DNA of 64,000 bases from Longimicrobiales bacterium (lineage in GTDB: Bacteria > Gemmatimonadota > Gemmatimonadetes > Longimicrobiales > Gaopeijiaceae), in contig OZ220732.1 in NCBI GenBank assembly GCA_965116905.1, forward strand, positions 2,496,001 through 2,560,000, read 5' to 3'. This document shows positions 46,457 through 55,947 of this stretch, piece by piece. Under the pieces are notes generated by a model, which worked only from the letters and a program-made list of their open reading frames with translations, was not told the origin of the DNA and ran no database searches. Each line of letters starts with the position of its first letter. Positions within the stretch are counted from its first letter, which is position 1. The translations under genes and the position numbers were made by a program.

Positions 46457-46702
46457 TCAATCCCCCCGCAGACGCAGACCCTCCAGAAAGTCCTCGGCCT
46501 TGTCGCGGTCGAGGATCGCGTAAGTGGCCCAGGCGATCCGATCCCCGTCAGGGTCTTCGCCGAGAAGCTGCTGCGCTTCCTCCGCGGTCCCCGCTCCGAA
46601 CTTCAGCGCGACCAGCTGAACCAGCATCTCCATCCGCCCCAGTTGCTTGACCTCGTCCCAGCCGCGCAGGAACTCGTTCACCAACGTGCCCATCCATACC
46701 AC
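46457..46702 (-). CDS. Small Rpn C-terminal-like protein
   Basis: GRMEMLVQLVALKFGAGTAEEAQQLL..PDGDRIAWATYAILDRDKAEDFL resembles the 27535 ORF and the 45226 fragment. Confidence 0.6.
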   Translation of the reverse strand: MVWMGTLVNEFLRGWDEVKQLGRMEMLVQLVALKFGAGTAEEAQQLLGEDPDGDRIAWATYAILDRDKAEDFLEGLRLRGD

Positions 46703-46793
46703 GTGCTCGACTTGCCTTGGTGGGCCGGTCTCGGTGACGCCCGAGCCCGAAAGAGGCGTGCAGTAGGGACTGCTGTTTGCGAGTCCTCGAGCT

Positions 46794-47714
46794 TCACCGG
46801 GACGGGTGGTGTGACCGCCCCCTCAACGTGGCCTGCTCCGATGCACTCCAATCGGGGGGCTTCACCAGCACCCGCAGCTTGTTCCTGACTCCTCTCGTAT
46901 GGAGGATCTTCAGGATCAGTCGCTGGATCCCGTGCAGGAACACCTTGATGGGGTTGTTCGAGTTAATCGGTTGGTCGATGCCGTACACCACCGGTTCGAC
47001 CTCCGGCTCGAAGGTGCCGAACATGCGATCCCAAATGATGAGCATGCCCGCGTAGTTCCTGTCCCAATACTGCCGGTTCGAGCCATGGTGCACCCTGTGG
47101 TGAGAGGGCGTGTTGAAGAGGAACTCGACGGGCCGCGGAAGCTTCCGGATGACCTCGGTGTGCAGTATCGCCTGGAACTGCTGCACGAGGACCTCGGAGA
47201 GGAGCACCAGGATCGGGTGGTATCCCAGCATGACGATCGGAAACGAGAACAGGAGCGGGAACACCGCGTCGAGAGGACCGAAACGGTAGGCCACCGACAT
47301 GTTGAAATGGGGTGAGCTGTGATGAACGGTGTGAGTGGCCCACCCGACCCCGATCCTGTGCATTAAGCGGTGATCCCAGTAGTACGTGAGATCGGCCAGC
47401 AGGACGCAGGTGACGATCGTGACCCAGTTCAGCGACAGGTGAGCCAGGCTGAAGTTCTCGTAGATCCAGAAGTAGAGCTTGGTGACGAAGAGAATGCCGA
47501 GCGCGTACTCGATGGCCACGAACGACGCGAAGGCGATGACGTTCGCCACCGAGTCGCCTATGACGTCGAAGCTCAGGCGCTTGACGAACGCGTAGCGGAT
47601 CATTTCGACGAAGAAGAAGGGGACGATCACATACACGATGCTCAGGTCGTTCAATACTTGGAACCACCCCATGACCGCGTCCCAGTTCAGCGCTCTCGTG
47701 ATCGCGTCGATCAT
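46794..47714 (-). CDS. Sterol desaturase / fatty acid hydroxylase family (alkylglycerol monooxygenase-like)
   Basis: His boxes YWDHRLMH, WATHTVHHSS, HTE, NTPSHHRVHHG; RNYAG.LIIWDRMFGTF. Confidence 0.9.
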   Translation of the reverse strand: MIDAITRALNWDAVMGWFQVLNDLSIVYVIVPFFFVEMIRYAFVKRLSFDVIGDSVANVIAFASFVAIEYALGILFVTKLYFWIYENFSLAHLSLNWVTIVTCVLLADLTYYWDHRLMHRIGVGWATHTVHHSSPHFNMSVAYRFGPLDAVFPLLFSFPIVMLGYHPILVLLSEVLVQQFQAILHTEVIRKLPRPVEFLFNTPSHHRVHHGSNRQYWDRNYAGMLIIWDRMFGTFEPEVEPVVYGIDQPINSNNPIKVFLHGIQRLILKILHTRGVRNKLRVLVKPPDWSASEQATLRGRSHHPSR

Positions 47715-47950
47715 GGGTCTCGGGCCTCCTTCCGTTCCCCGGCCTCGTCAGCGGTATCGTCAACTGGGCCGATTCCTCGAGCTGCCCCTTCCAGCTGAAA
47801 CCGAGTCTGCTCCGCCGCCTCGTCGAACGCCTTGGCGTCTTCTTCGGAACTCGCCAGGCGGGCGGCCCCGACCAGAGCAGCCACCATGATGGCGGTCGTA
47901 AGCACCTGCGCCGGAAACGGCAGTCGATTCCGTTCTTTCGGCATGGTCAT
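47711..47950 (-). CDS. Small single-TM hypothetical protein
   Basis: ATGA overlaps with both neighbours; one hydrophobic stretch. Confidence 0.6.
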   Translation of the reverse strand: MTMPKERNRLPFPAQVLTTAIMVAALVGAARLASSEEDAKAFDEAAEQTRFQLEGAARGIGPVDDTADEAGERKEARDP

Positions 47951-48504
47951 ACCCTCTTCCTTTCAGTTGAAAGCCCGTTGGCGATGGTCTCCCAGACAAG
48001 ATCCTGTGCCTGAACCACACCAAGTTGCCCATCGCCGACGGCTCGGCACGCGGCCCATATCAAGCCATCGATACTTGCCACCACCCAGGCGGTGGGGACA
48101 TCGGGTCGAATGCAGCCCTCCCGCTTGGCGGCTGCGACCAGGTCAGCCAACTCGGACATCTGCCGTTGGTAGGCTTCGACGATCTCCGGCTCGTCGTATA
48201 GCTCGGCGGCCGAGTCCAGGAAACGAAAGAACTCGCCGGCGCCGACAACGGCCCGCGTCACCAACCTCAGCGCATCGGTAGCGGTGCGGGCACGTGCCAC
48301 GGCCTGCCGGGTCACGCTGTCCGTCTCGGCGACGGCTCGACCGGCCAGCGCCCTGAGCAGCCCCGCGCGGCCGTCGAAGTGACGGAAGACGGTCGCTCGC
48401 CCAACCCGCGCCTCGGTCGCGATCTGGTCAACCGTAGCGTTCGGATTCCGCAATAGCGCCGTGCTCGCCGCCTCAAGAATCCGTTCCCTTGTCGCCAACG
48501 CCAT
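47947..48504 (-). CDS. TetR/AcrR family regulator
   Basis: TRERILEAA..ATVDQIATEARVGRATVFRHF. Confidence 0.92.
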   Translation of the reverse strand: MALATRERILEAASTALLRNPNATVDQIATEARVGRATVFRHFDGRAGLLRALAGRAVAETDSVTRQAVARARTATDALRLVTRAVVGAGEFFRFLDSAAELYDEPEIVEAYQRQMSELADLVAAAKREGCIRPDVPTAWVVASIDGLIWAACRAVGDGQLGVVQAQDLVWETIANGLSTERKRV

Positions 48505-48527
48505 GATGATACTCCATCGTTATGAAT

Positions 48528-48545
48528 TGAGACTCTATAGTCTCA
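48528..48545. promoter_or_regulatory. TetR-type operator
   Basis: TGAGACT-CTAT-AGTCTCA, 23 nt upstream of the TetR start. Confidence 0.7.
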
Positions 48546-48754
48546 TCAGGGTCGTTGGCGTTGTCAACGCGTTCCGTCCGCTCCCACTTCGACGTGTCCC
48601 ACGGTCCGGGGCGCGCACCCTTCAAAACAGGCCCCGGTACCCGCCCGTCTTCACTTGCCGGCGCGAAACAGGCCAGTCCACGCGGTCGTCTTGTAGATAC
48701 ATCACGGATAGCCAAATCCCTGCGTTCGAGGGGACTTCAAGAGGAGACATCGCG

Positions 48755-50293
48755 ATGCCCGGCAAAACACGTAGCATGTGCCTGGCGGTCCTGGCGACCG
48801 CTTTCGTGGCTGACCAGCCCGTTTACGCCCAAGCTGTCATCGGGGGCGACTGGCGCGCGGATGTCGACGCGTTCGCGGGCAGGCTCGTCGAGATGGGCGC
48901 TGCCCCTGGTATCGGTCTCGCCATCGTCCAGGACGACTGGGTTCTGCACGCGCGCGGCTTTGGCCTGGCCGATATGGATTCCGGCAGGGGGGTCGACACG
49001 GAAACGGCGTTCTACATCGCCTCGACCACCAAGGCGATCACGGCGACGGCGGTGATCGCACTTGCCGATCGCGGCCTCATCGACCTTGACGCACCGATCA
49101 CGGCGTACGTGCCGGAGCTTCGCTTCCAGCCACCGCTCGACGCCGATGCAGTGACGGTCCACGACCTCCTGACGATGGCGCACGGCATCCAGCAGGGATT
49201 GGGACCGGTGGTGTTCCGAACGGCCTTTACCGGCGATTTCACCCATGCACAACTCATTGACGCCATGCATGACTATGGCCCGTCGTCGACCGGTCGTCGC
49301 TTCGCCTACGGGAACCTCGGATACAACCTGCTCGGGATGGTTCTCGAGAGCACGAGTTCCGGGAGTTGGAAGGAAGTCGTACGGCAGGAGGTGCTCGACC
49401 CGTTCGGCATGGATGAGACGACCGGGTACGTGTCGCGGATCCCCTCGGAGCGCATCGCTCAGCCACATGGCTTCGTGCCTGACGGTTTCGAGCGGATCCC
49501 CCTGGCCAAGGCCGACGCGAACATGCACGCTGCGGGTGGACACTTTGCCACCGCGCGGGATCTGGGACGCTTTGTCGCTGTTCACCTGAGTGGCGGAGCG
49601 GAAGGCGCCAGGGGCACTGTGCCGAGCCGGAGCGCGCTCCAGTCGATGCAGCGGCAGCACGTGGAGCAGGATCGCCAATTCCTGTCGTTGCATCGCTTCG
49701 GGTGGGGTTACGGGTGGGACCTCGGCACGTACGAAGGCGACACGGTGGTGCATCGCTTCGGCGGGTTCTCGGGGTACCACTCCCACCTGTCGTTCATGCC
49801 ACAGCACGGCATCGGAGTTGTGGTGCTTGTGAACGGGGGAGGCCCTACTGCCTTGGCGGCCGACCTGATGGCGACGTACGTCTACGATCGCCTGCTCGGA
49901 AAGGCAGGTGTCGAGGCCACACATGCCGCACGCATGGATGGCTTCAGTGCACGCTTGGAGGAGGCCCGTGGCGGGCTGGCCGCCCATCTGGCGGAGCGGA
50001 AAGCGCGTCTCGCTCCCCTCTCACATCCCCTCGAACACTATGCCGGCGTCTACGAAAGCCCTCGATTTGGCCGGATGGAGTGGCGGGTGGTCGCAAACGG
50101 ACTCGAGGTGCGGATGGGGATCGCGCAGAGCCGGGCGGAGGTGTTCGACGCGAGCGAAGACATGCTGCGAGCAGAACTCGCGGGCGGGAACGTCCTGGAT
50201 TTCGAGTTCCCGCCCGACGGAGGACCGGCATCGAGCATCATCTTGCGGACGGGCCCGGATACGGGTGAGGAGTTCTTGCGGAGCGGGCACTAG
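48755..50293 (+). CDS. Serine hydrolase, beta-lactamase family, with DUF3471-like C-terminus
   Basis: SxxK (ASTTK), YGN, AAGG, HRFGG, YAGVYESPRFG; GAGGAG RBS; signal peptide. Confidence 0.9.
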   Translation: MPGKTRSMCLAVLATAFVADQPVYAQAVIGGDWRADVDAFAGRLVEMGAAPGIGLAIVQDDWVLHARGFGLADMDSGRGVDTETAFYIASTTKAITATAVIALADRGLIDLDAPITAYVPELRFQPPLDADAVTVHDLLTMAHGIQQGLGPVVFRTAFTGDFTHAQLIDAMHDYGPSSTGRRFAYGNLGYNLLGMVLESTSSGSWKEVVRQEVLDPFGMDETTGYVSRIPSERIAQPHGFVPDGFERIPLAKADANMHAAGGHFATARDLGRFVAVHLSGGAEGARGTVPSRSALQSMQRQHVEQDRQFLSLHRFGWGYGWDLGTYEGDTVVHRFGGFSGYHSHLSFMPQHGIGVVVLVNGGGPTALAADLMATYVYDRLLGKAGVEATHAARMDGFSARLEEARGGLAAHLAERKARLAPLSHPLEHYAGVYESPRFGRMEWRVVANGLEVRMGIAQSRAEVFDASEDMLRAELAGGNVLDFEFPPDGGPASSIILRTGPDTGEEFLRSGH

Positions 50294-50346
50294 GTGCCAG
50301 TAGTAGGGTCCATTTCCGCACTTTGCGGCGCAGCCCCCTACCGCCA

Positions 50347-50407
50347 ACCACAACACCGCCACCTCCCTACCCTCAAACCGCCACACAATAGCCACAAAAA
50401 CGCCACT
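50347..50407 (+). promoter_or_regulatory. 11-bp phased direct-repeat array (OmpR/PhoB-type box)
   Basis: (G/A)CCAC at 50347, 50358, 50380, 50391 and 50402; degenerate at 50369. Confidence 0.6.
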
Positions 50408-50540
50408 ATCTTTACAGGTTGCACCCCCCTGACCCCGATGGCAGGGCCGCGCTCAGAGTCCCGCCCTTGCCAACCGGACTCGGAATGGGCCATGGACGCC
50501 GCGTCCAGTTCGGTGACGCCCGAACCGCTGGGAGCCCGCC

Positions 50541-53168
50541 ATGTCTCCGAAGGTCGCGGTTTCTCTAGCCCGCCGGGTTGTCCGACTTTCGATCGCAACC
50601 GCGTCCGCCGTGGCTCTGGCCGCGGCACCCGCTGCCGCCCAGACGACCGGGACGATCCGCGGTGCGGTCACCGATGCGGGCGGCGCCTCCTTGCCCGGTG
50701 TCGTGGTGACGGCGATCGGTCCCGGCGTGGACGCGGAAACCGTCACGGACGAGGCCGGAGCCTACGAGTTCACCGGCGTGACGCCCGGCGACCACATCGT
50801 GACCGCCACCCTGTTCGGCTATGCGTCGCGGGAGCTTCGGGTCACGGTCCGCGCGGGCGCCATCGAGGTGGTCCCGATCGTTCTGCAGCTCGCCTTCCAG
50901 CTCGACCCGATCAGCGTGGTTGCGGAGGAGCCCGCGGTCTTCGCGCGGAACTTCGTCGCGGAGCCGATGATGAGGCAGCAGGCGAGCATCACGGCCGTCA
51001 CGTCGGTGATCGACAACCTTCCCGGCGTCTCGGTCCAGGAGGGAGACGCGTACGCCTTCGACGACTGGTCGAGCAACGTGGTCATGCGCGGGTTCCAGTC
51101 GACCATCAACGACGCGCAGATCGGCACCACCATCGACGGATTCCCGAACGGCACGTCCGACTACTGGAGCGGCGCGAAGGCCAACCGGTTCGTGGACCCG
51201 ATCAACCTCGGCGGCGTCGAGGTGTCGCAGGGGACCGCCGACATCGCCTCGCGGTCGGTGGAGGCGCTGGGCGGGACGCTCAAGTTCCTGACAGCTGATC
51301 CTGCGGAGGAGGCAAGCTGGACGGCCTCGGTCACGATCGGCGAGAACGACGGCCAGCGGTTCGCCGCGCGAGTCGAGACGGGATCGCTGTTCGGCGGCAC
51401 GACGCGGGCCTGGGCCGCCGCGATCCGGCAGGAGGCGACCGACTGGATGGAGGGCTCGGCCCGGAACGAGCGGGAGCACCTCGCCGCCAAGGTCGTGTCC
51501 TCGCTCGGCGCCGTCGACCTCACCGCCTACTTCTCCTACGACGACATCGTGGAGAACAACTACCAGCGGCTCTACAGCGAGGCCGACTTCCGGACCAATC
51601 CGCGCTGGGACCGGCTGATCGGTCGATGGCCCGGGGTGCCCTACCTGAACCAGTCGTACCGGCGTGGCTGGGGAACGCTGCGGACGAACACATTCGCCTA
51701 CGCGCGCGCCGACTGGTCCGTCAGCGAGCTGATCTCCCTGACCGCCGGCGCATACCACCACCGCAACCGGGGGCAGGGGGACTGGCTGCCCCCCTACATC
51801 GTCGACGTGGTGGACGACCGCGGCGGACCCGAGTCGGAGCTGGCGGGCCTGGCGCCGGTGCGCGGCGGGAGCCAGCTCGGGGTCATTCGCTTCGTGGACG
51901 GCAATGGCGCGGCCGTCGGTCCGGTGGCGGGATGCACGTCGTCCTTCATCTTCAACTACTACGGTTCGGGCGGCCCGGAGGTCGACCCGGCGTGCCACCC
52001 GGGGGCAACCGCGGTTCAGTCGTACCGCCACAGCCACTACGGGAAGGACCGGACGGGCGCGAGCATGGACGGGGAGTGGTCCACGGTGTTTGGCCCCGGA
52101 GGCGGCAGTGCGCTGCGCGCCGGCATCTGGTACGAGGACTCGCGGCGCCATCTGGGCCGGGACTGGCACCGCATTCTGGACCCGGTGGTCAGCCTCAGGG
52201 AGGATGAGCAGCCCTACTGGCACCAGTACGAGTGGGACTTTCCGCAGGACGTCTTCAGGTGGTTCGTGGAGGAGACGCTGCACTTCGGGTCGTTCAAGCT
52301 GACCGCCGGCGTCAAGCAATTCCTGGTCTCCGTGTCGCGCGAAGACGAGTTCGGCATCGACGGGCCCCTCGACGTCGATTCCGACTCGGACCTGCTGATC
52401 TCCGGCGGCGTCACCTGGGAGACGCCAGTGGACGGCCTCGACCTGTTCGTGGGTTACGCCGAGAACTTCCGCGCGATCGGCAGCACGTTGCTCGAGGTGC
52501 CGGGCCGCAGCCTGGACCGGCTGGAGCCCGAGACCGCGTCGAACATCGATGTCGGGGTGCAGTACGCGGGCGACCGGCTCGCCCTGAGCGCGACCCTGTA
52601 TTCCATCGACTTCGACAACCGGATCTTCTACCTGGGCCCGCTGACGCCCGCCGGCCCCAACTACCTGATCCCGGGCGGCGGCGCCTACTTCAACGCGGGC
52701 GGCATCGAGACCCGGGGCGCCGAGTTGGCCGCCACGGCTGCGATATCCGACCGAACATCGCTCTACACTGCCCTCACGCTGAACGACTCGAAGTACGTCG
52801 GGACCGGCGATCCGCTCCTCGATGCCAGCCAGGGCATCGTGCCCGGCACCGACGTGACCGGTGTGCCGCCGCGGCTGTGGGTCATCTCCGTCGACCGTAC
52901 CGGACCCTTGGGTGGGGGGGTGTCGGCCAAGTACACGGCAGCCCGCCGGGTCAGTCTGACCGCGGACTGGTACACCGATCCCTATTGGACGGCGGACGCC
53001 TATGTCACATTCAGGGGCGAGGCGCTGAGCGATCTTTTCCGATCGATGGAGTTCTCGATAGTGGCGAACAACGTGCTTGACAGATCCTTTCTGTCCGCGA
53101 TCACCGACAACGCCGCCTGGCTGGGCGCGTCCCGGACGGTATCGATGACCGTGACCGCTGCGTTTTGA
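50541..53168 (+). CDS. TonB-dependent receptor with N-terminal carboxypeptidase-regulatory domain
   Basis: GTIRGAVTD, plug NVVMRGF..TIDGFP, LEPETASNIDVG, NNVLDR, C-terminal Phe. Confidence 0.9.
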   Translation: MSPKVAVSLARRVVRLSIATASAVALAAAPAAAQTTGTIRGAVTDAGGASLPGVVVTAIGPGVDAETVTDEAGAYEFTGVTPGDHIVTATLFGYASRELRVTVRAGAIEVVPIVLQLAFQLDPISVVAEEPAVFARNFVAEPMMRQQASITAVTSVIDNLPGVSVQEGDAYAFDDWSSNVVMRGFQSTINDAQIGTTIDGFPNGTSDYWSGAKANRFVDPINLGGVEVSQGTADIASRSVEALGGTLKFLTADPAEEASWTASVTIGENDGQRFAARVETGSLFGGTTRAWAAAIRQEATDWMEGSARNEREHLAAKVVSSLGAVDLTAYFSYDDIVENNYQRLYSEADFRTNPRWDRLIGRWPGVPYLNQSYRRGWGTLRTNTFAYARADWSVSELISLTAGAYHHRNRGQGDWLPPYIVDVVDDRGGPESELAGLAPVRGGSQLGVIRFVDGNGAAVGPVAGCTSSFIFNYYGSGGPEVDPACHPGATAVQSYRHSHYGKDRTGASMDGEWSTVFGPGGGSALRAGIWYEDSRRHLGRDWHRILDPVVSLREDEQPYWHQYEWDFPQDVFRWFVEETLHFGSFKLTAGVKQFLVSVSREDEFGIDGPLDVDSDSDLLISGGVTWETPVDGLDLFVGYAENFRAIGSTLLEVPGRSLDRLEPETASNIDVGVQYAGDRLALSATLYSIDFDNRIFYLGPLTPAGPNYLIPGGGAYFNAGGIETRGAELAATAAISDRTSLYTALTLNDSKYVGTGDPLLDASQGIVPGTDVTGVPPRLWVISVDRTGPLGGGVSAKYTAARRVSLTADWYTDPYWTADAYVTFRGEALSDLFRSMEFSIVANNVLDRSFLSAITDNAAWLGASRTVSMTVTAAF

Positions 53169-53179
53169 AAGGCACGCCG

Positions 53180-53227
53180 GCCTCGATGAACGCCCCGATG
53201 AAGGCCTCGATGAATGCCCCGATGAAT
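53180..53227 (+). repeat. 12-bp tandem repeat x4, each with an in-frame ATG
   Basis: GCCTCGATGAAC GCCCCGATGAAG GCCTCGATGAAT GCCCCGATGAAT. Confidence 0.9.
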
Positions 53228-55897
53228 ACGATCCCTGTGGGTCCCGCCGCGATCCTGTTGCTCGGAACCGCCCTTTCGGCCGCGGCCCCGGCGCTGCAGG
53301 CCCAGGAGCCCCCCGACACTCTCGCCACCGCCGACACGGTCTCCACCGCGGACACCCTCTCCACCGCCGACACGATCCCCGTGGCGATGGAGCTGGCCGA
53401 GATCGTTGTCGTCGGCACGCGGCGCGGCGGCAGGACCGCGATCGAGTCCTACTCGCCGGTGCACGTCGTCAGCGGGGCCAACGTGCGGGCCCAGGGAGGG
53501 GCCGACCTCCTCGACCTGCTGCGCACGGTCGTCCCGACCTTCAACGTCAACGCCCAGCCCATCGCGGACGGAGCGACCATCGTGCGGCCTCCCAACGTGC
53601 GCAATCTGGCGGCGGACCACACGCTCGTGCTCGTCAACGGCAAGCGCCGCCACCGCGGGGCGGTCATCGCCTGGCTGGTGCCCAAGGCTTCCGAAGGTGC
53701 GCAAGGACCCGACCTGTCCACGATTCCGTCGATCGCGCTGCAGCGGGTAGAGGTTCTGCGGGATGGGGCGGCGGCCCAATACGGGTCGGACGCGATCGCC
53801 GGGGTCATGAACTTCGTTCTGAAGGACGACCGCGACGGGTATCATGCGGAGGCCGGATACGGACTGACCACGGAGGGCGACGGCGGACAGGCCCATGTTG
53901 CGGTCAACGCCGGCCTGCCGCTCCTGGACGACGGATTCCTCAACCTGAGCGCCGAGTTCGGCGAAGCGGGCGAGACCGTGCGCAGCGTCCAGAGGGACGA
54001 CGCGGCGGCGCTGGAAGCCGCGGGCAACACGCACGTCCCCAACCCGGCCCAGATCTGGGGCAGCCCCAACATCAGCGGCGACCTCAAGACCTTCGTCAAC
54101 CTCGGCATTCCGCTTGGGGACGACGTCCGTCTCTACGCCTTCGGGAACTATGCCAGGAAGGAGACCGACGGCGGCTTCTACTACCGCAATCCCGACAGCC
54201 GCGAGGGCGTGTACACCCGGGGCGCTCATCGATTGGTGGGTGACCTGACCGGCGACGGCAGCGGCGGCTGTCCCACGATGCTCGACCCCCACGGCGACTA
54301 CTATCGGAACGGCACCTTTCTGGCCAGCGCCTTCAACCAGGACCACCCCAACTGCTTCGTCATGAACCGGTTCTTTCCCGGCGGCTTCACGCCGCGCTTC
54401 GGCGGACACACCCGGGACCATTCCGCCGTGGCGGGGGTCCGCGGCGAATCCGACTCCGGACTCACGTGGGACTTGAGCGGCTCGACGGGGACGAGCGATA
54501 TCGACTTCTTCATCCGCAACACCGTCAACGCGGCGCTGGGGCCGGCCAACCCCGCCGACTTCGAATTCGATCCCGGCGCCTACCGCCAGGACGAGGTCAA
54601 CCTCAGCGCCGATCTCTCCTATCCGGTGGCGGTTTCCGTGCTCGCGGCCGACCTCGACGTTGGCTTCGGCGCCGAGTGGCGGCGGGAGGTGTTCCGGATT
54701 CGTAGCGGAGAGCCCGACTCGTGGGCGCGCACCTTCGAGTGGAACGGAAGGACGGTGGATCTGCAGAGCCAGGGCTTCACGGCAGGCACGAACGGGTTCC
54801 CCGGCTTCAGCGAGGACACCGGGGGACGGTGGGCGCGAAGCAGTGCCGCCGCGTACCTGGAGGCCGAAACGGCAATCCGGGACCGCTGGACCGTGGGGGC
54901 GGCCGTGCGCTTCGAGCACTACGACGACTTCGGAGCCACTACGAACGGGAAACTCTCCAGCCGTGCGGAACTCACCCCGGATCTGGCGCTCCGCGGAACC
55001 TTGAGCACCGGCTTCCGCGCGCCGACCCCCGGGCAGGCCAACGCGATCAACGCAACGTCGAAGAACGCCGGCTCGGGCGAAGAGCGGCAGGTGTCGATCG
55101 TCGCGACGATCGCGCCCTCCAGCCCCGTCGGCATGGCGCTCGGGGGCAGTTCCCTCAAGCCGGAGCGGTCGCGCAACGCCTCGCTCGGATTCGTCTGGAA
55201 TCGGGCACCGGCGGCGGCCACCCTCGACTGCTTCACCATCCGCGTCGAGGACCGGCTGGCCCTGTCGAGGGACATCGAATTCAACCGGCCCGACCTCGGC
55301 CCCGACCGGGTCCGCGACGATCTGATCGAGACGCTTCAGTCCGAGGGCCTGACTTCGGCCCGCAGCTGGAACTACATCAACTACTTCAACAACGACTTCA
55401 CCACTTCGACACGGGGCTGCGAGCTGGTGGGCAGCTACGTCTTCGAGGTCGGGCGCGGTGTCGCCGTCCTCGACGCCGCTCTCAGCCGCACCGTGACGAC
55501 CGTGGAGGAATTCACGCCCGGCGGACCCCTGGCGGACACGAAGGAGATCAAGGACTACGAATTCGGTTTGCCCCGCGACCGCGCCATTGTCTCGGTCCGT
55601 CACAGCGCGGGCCCTCTGCAAGCGGTGGTGCGCTTCAACTACTTTGGCGGCTGGTACGATTCCGAGGAGGATTTCGACTTCGGCGGCTACGGGATGGCCG
55701 ACCTGTCGGTGAGCTACCGGCTTCGCGGCGGCATCCGGTTGACCCTCGGCGCGGACAACGTCCTCGATGCCCACCCGGAGCTGAATCCGAACCGCTTTAC
55801 GGGCCTCGGCAACAAGTACAGCCAGTACGCGCCTGCCGGGTTCAACGGCCGGTTCATGTGGCTGCGGATCAGTTTGGAGCGGCTCGGGGATGGCTGA
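53186..55897 (+). CDS. TonB-dependent receptor
   Basis: EIVVVGTRR, TLVLVNGKRRH, RVEVLRDGAAAQYGSDAIAGVMNFVLK, TGFRAPT, LKPERS, GADNVLD; four alternative ATGs at 53186-53222. Confidence 0.93.
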   Translation: MNAPMKASMNAPMNTIPVGPAAILLLGTALSAAAPALQAQEPPDTLATADTVSTADTLSTADTIPVAMELAEIVVVGTRRGGRTAIESYSPVHVVSGANVRAQGGADLLDLLRTVVPTFNVNAQPIADGATIVRPPNVRNLAADHTLVLVNGKRRHRGAVIAWLVPKASEGAQGPDLSTIPSIALQRVEVLRDGAAAQYGSDAIAGVMNFVLKDDRDGYHAEAGYGLTTEGDGGQAHVAVNAGLPLLDDGFLNLSAEFGEAGETVRSVQRDDAAALEAAGNTHVPNPAQIWGSPNISGDLKTFVNLGIPLGDDVRLYAFGNYARKETDGGFYYRNPDSREGVYTRGAHRLVGDLTGDGSGGCPTMLDPHGDYYRNGTFLASAFNQDHPNCFVMNRFFPGGFTPRFGGHTRDHSAVAGVRGESDSGLTWDLSGSTGTSDIDFFIRNTVNAALGPANPADFEFDPGAYRQDEVNLSADLSYPVAVSVLAADLDVGFGAEWRREVFRIRSGEPDSWARTFEWNGRTVDLQSQGFTAGTNGFPGFSEDTGGRWARSSAAAYLEAETAIRDRWTVGAAVRFEHYDDFGATTNGKLSSRAELTPDLALRGTLSTGFRAPTPGQANAINATSKNAGSGEERQVSIVATIAPSSPVGMALGGSSLKPERSRNASLGFVWNRAPAAATLDCFTIRVEDRLALSRDIEFNRPDLGPDRVRDDLIETLQSEGLTSARSWNYINYFNNDFTTSTRGCELVGSYVFEVGRGVAVLDAALSRTVTTVEEFTPGGPLADTKEIKDYEFGLPRDRAIVSVRHSAGPLQAVVRFNYFGGWYDSEEDFDFGGYGMADLSVSYRLRGGIRLTLGADNVLDAHPELNPNRFTGLGNKYSQYAPAGFNGRFMWLRISLERLGDG
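53315..53373 (+). repeat. 18-bp in-frame tandem repeat x3 (DTLATA/DTVSTA/DTLSTA)
   Basis: GACACTCTCGCCACCGCC GACACGGTCTCCACCGCG GACACCCTCTCCACCGCC GACAC. Confidence 0.85.
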
Positions 55898-55947
55898 CCC
55901 GCCGGCCCGCTGACCCGCCGGCCCACCGACACACACCGGAGAACCTC

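Noticed and set aside
22700..46750. Prophage or ICE
   Set aside because: No integrase, structural, replication or conjugation genes and no tRNA attachment site.
48755..50293. Antibiotic-resistance beta-lactamase
   Set aside because: The motifs fit the broad serine hydrolase family with a DUF3471-like tail; resistance cannot be inferred.
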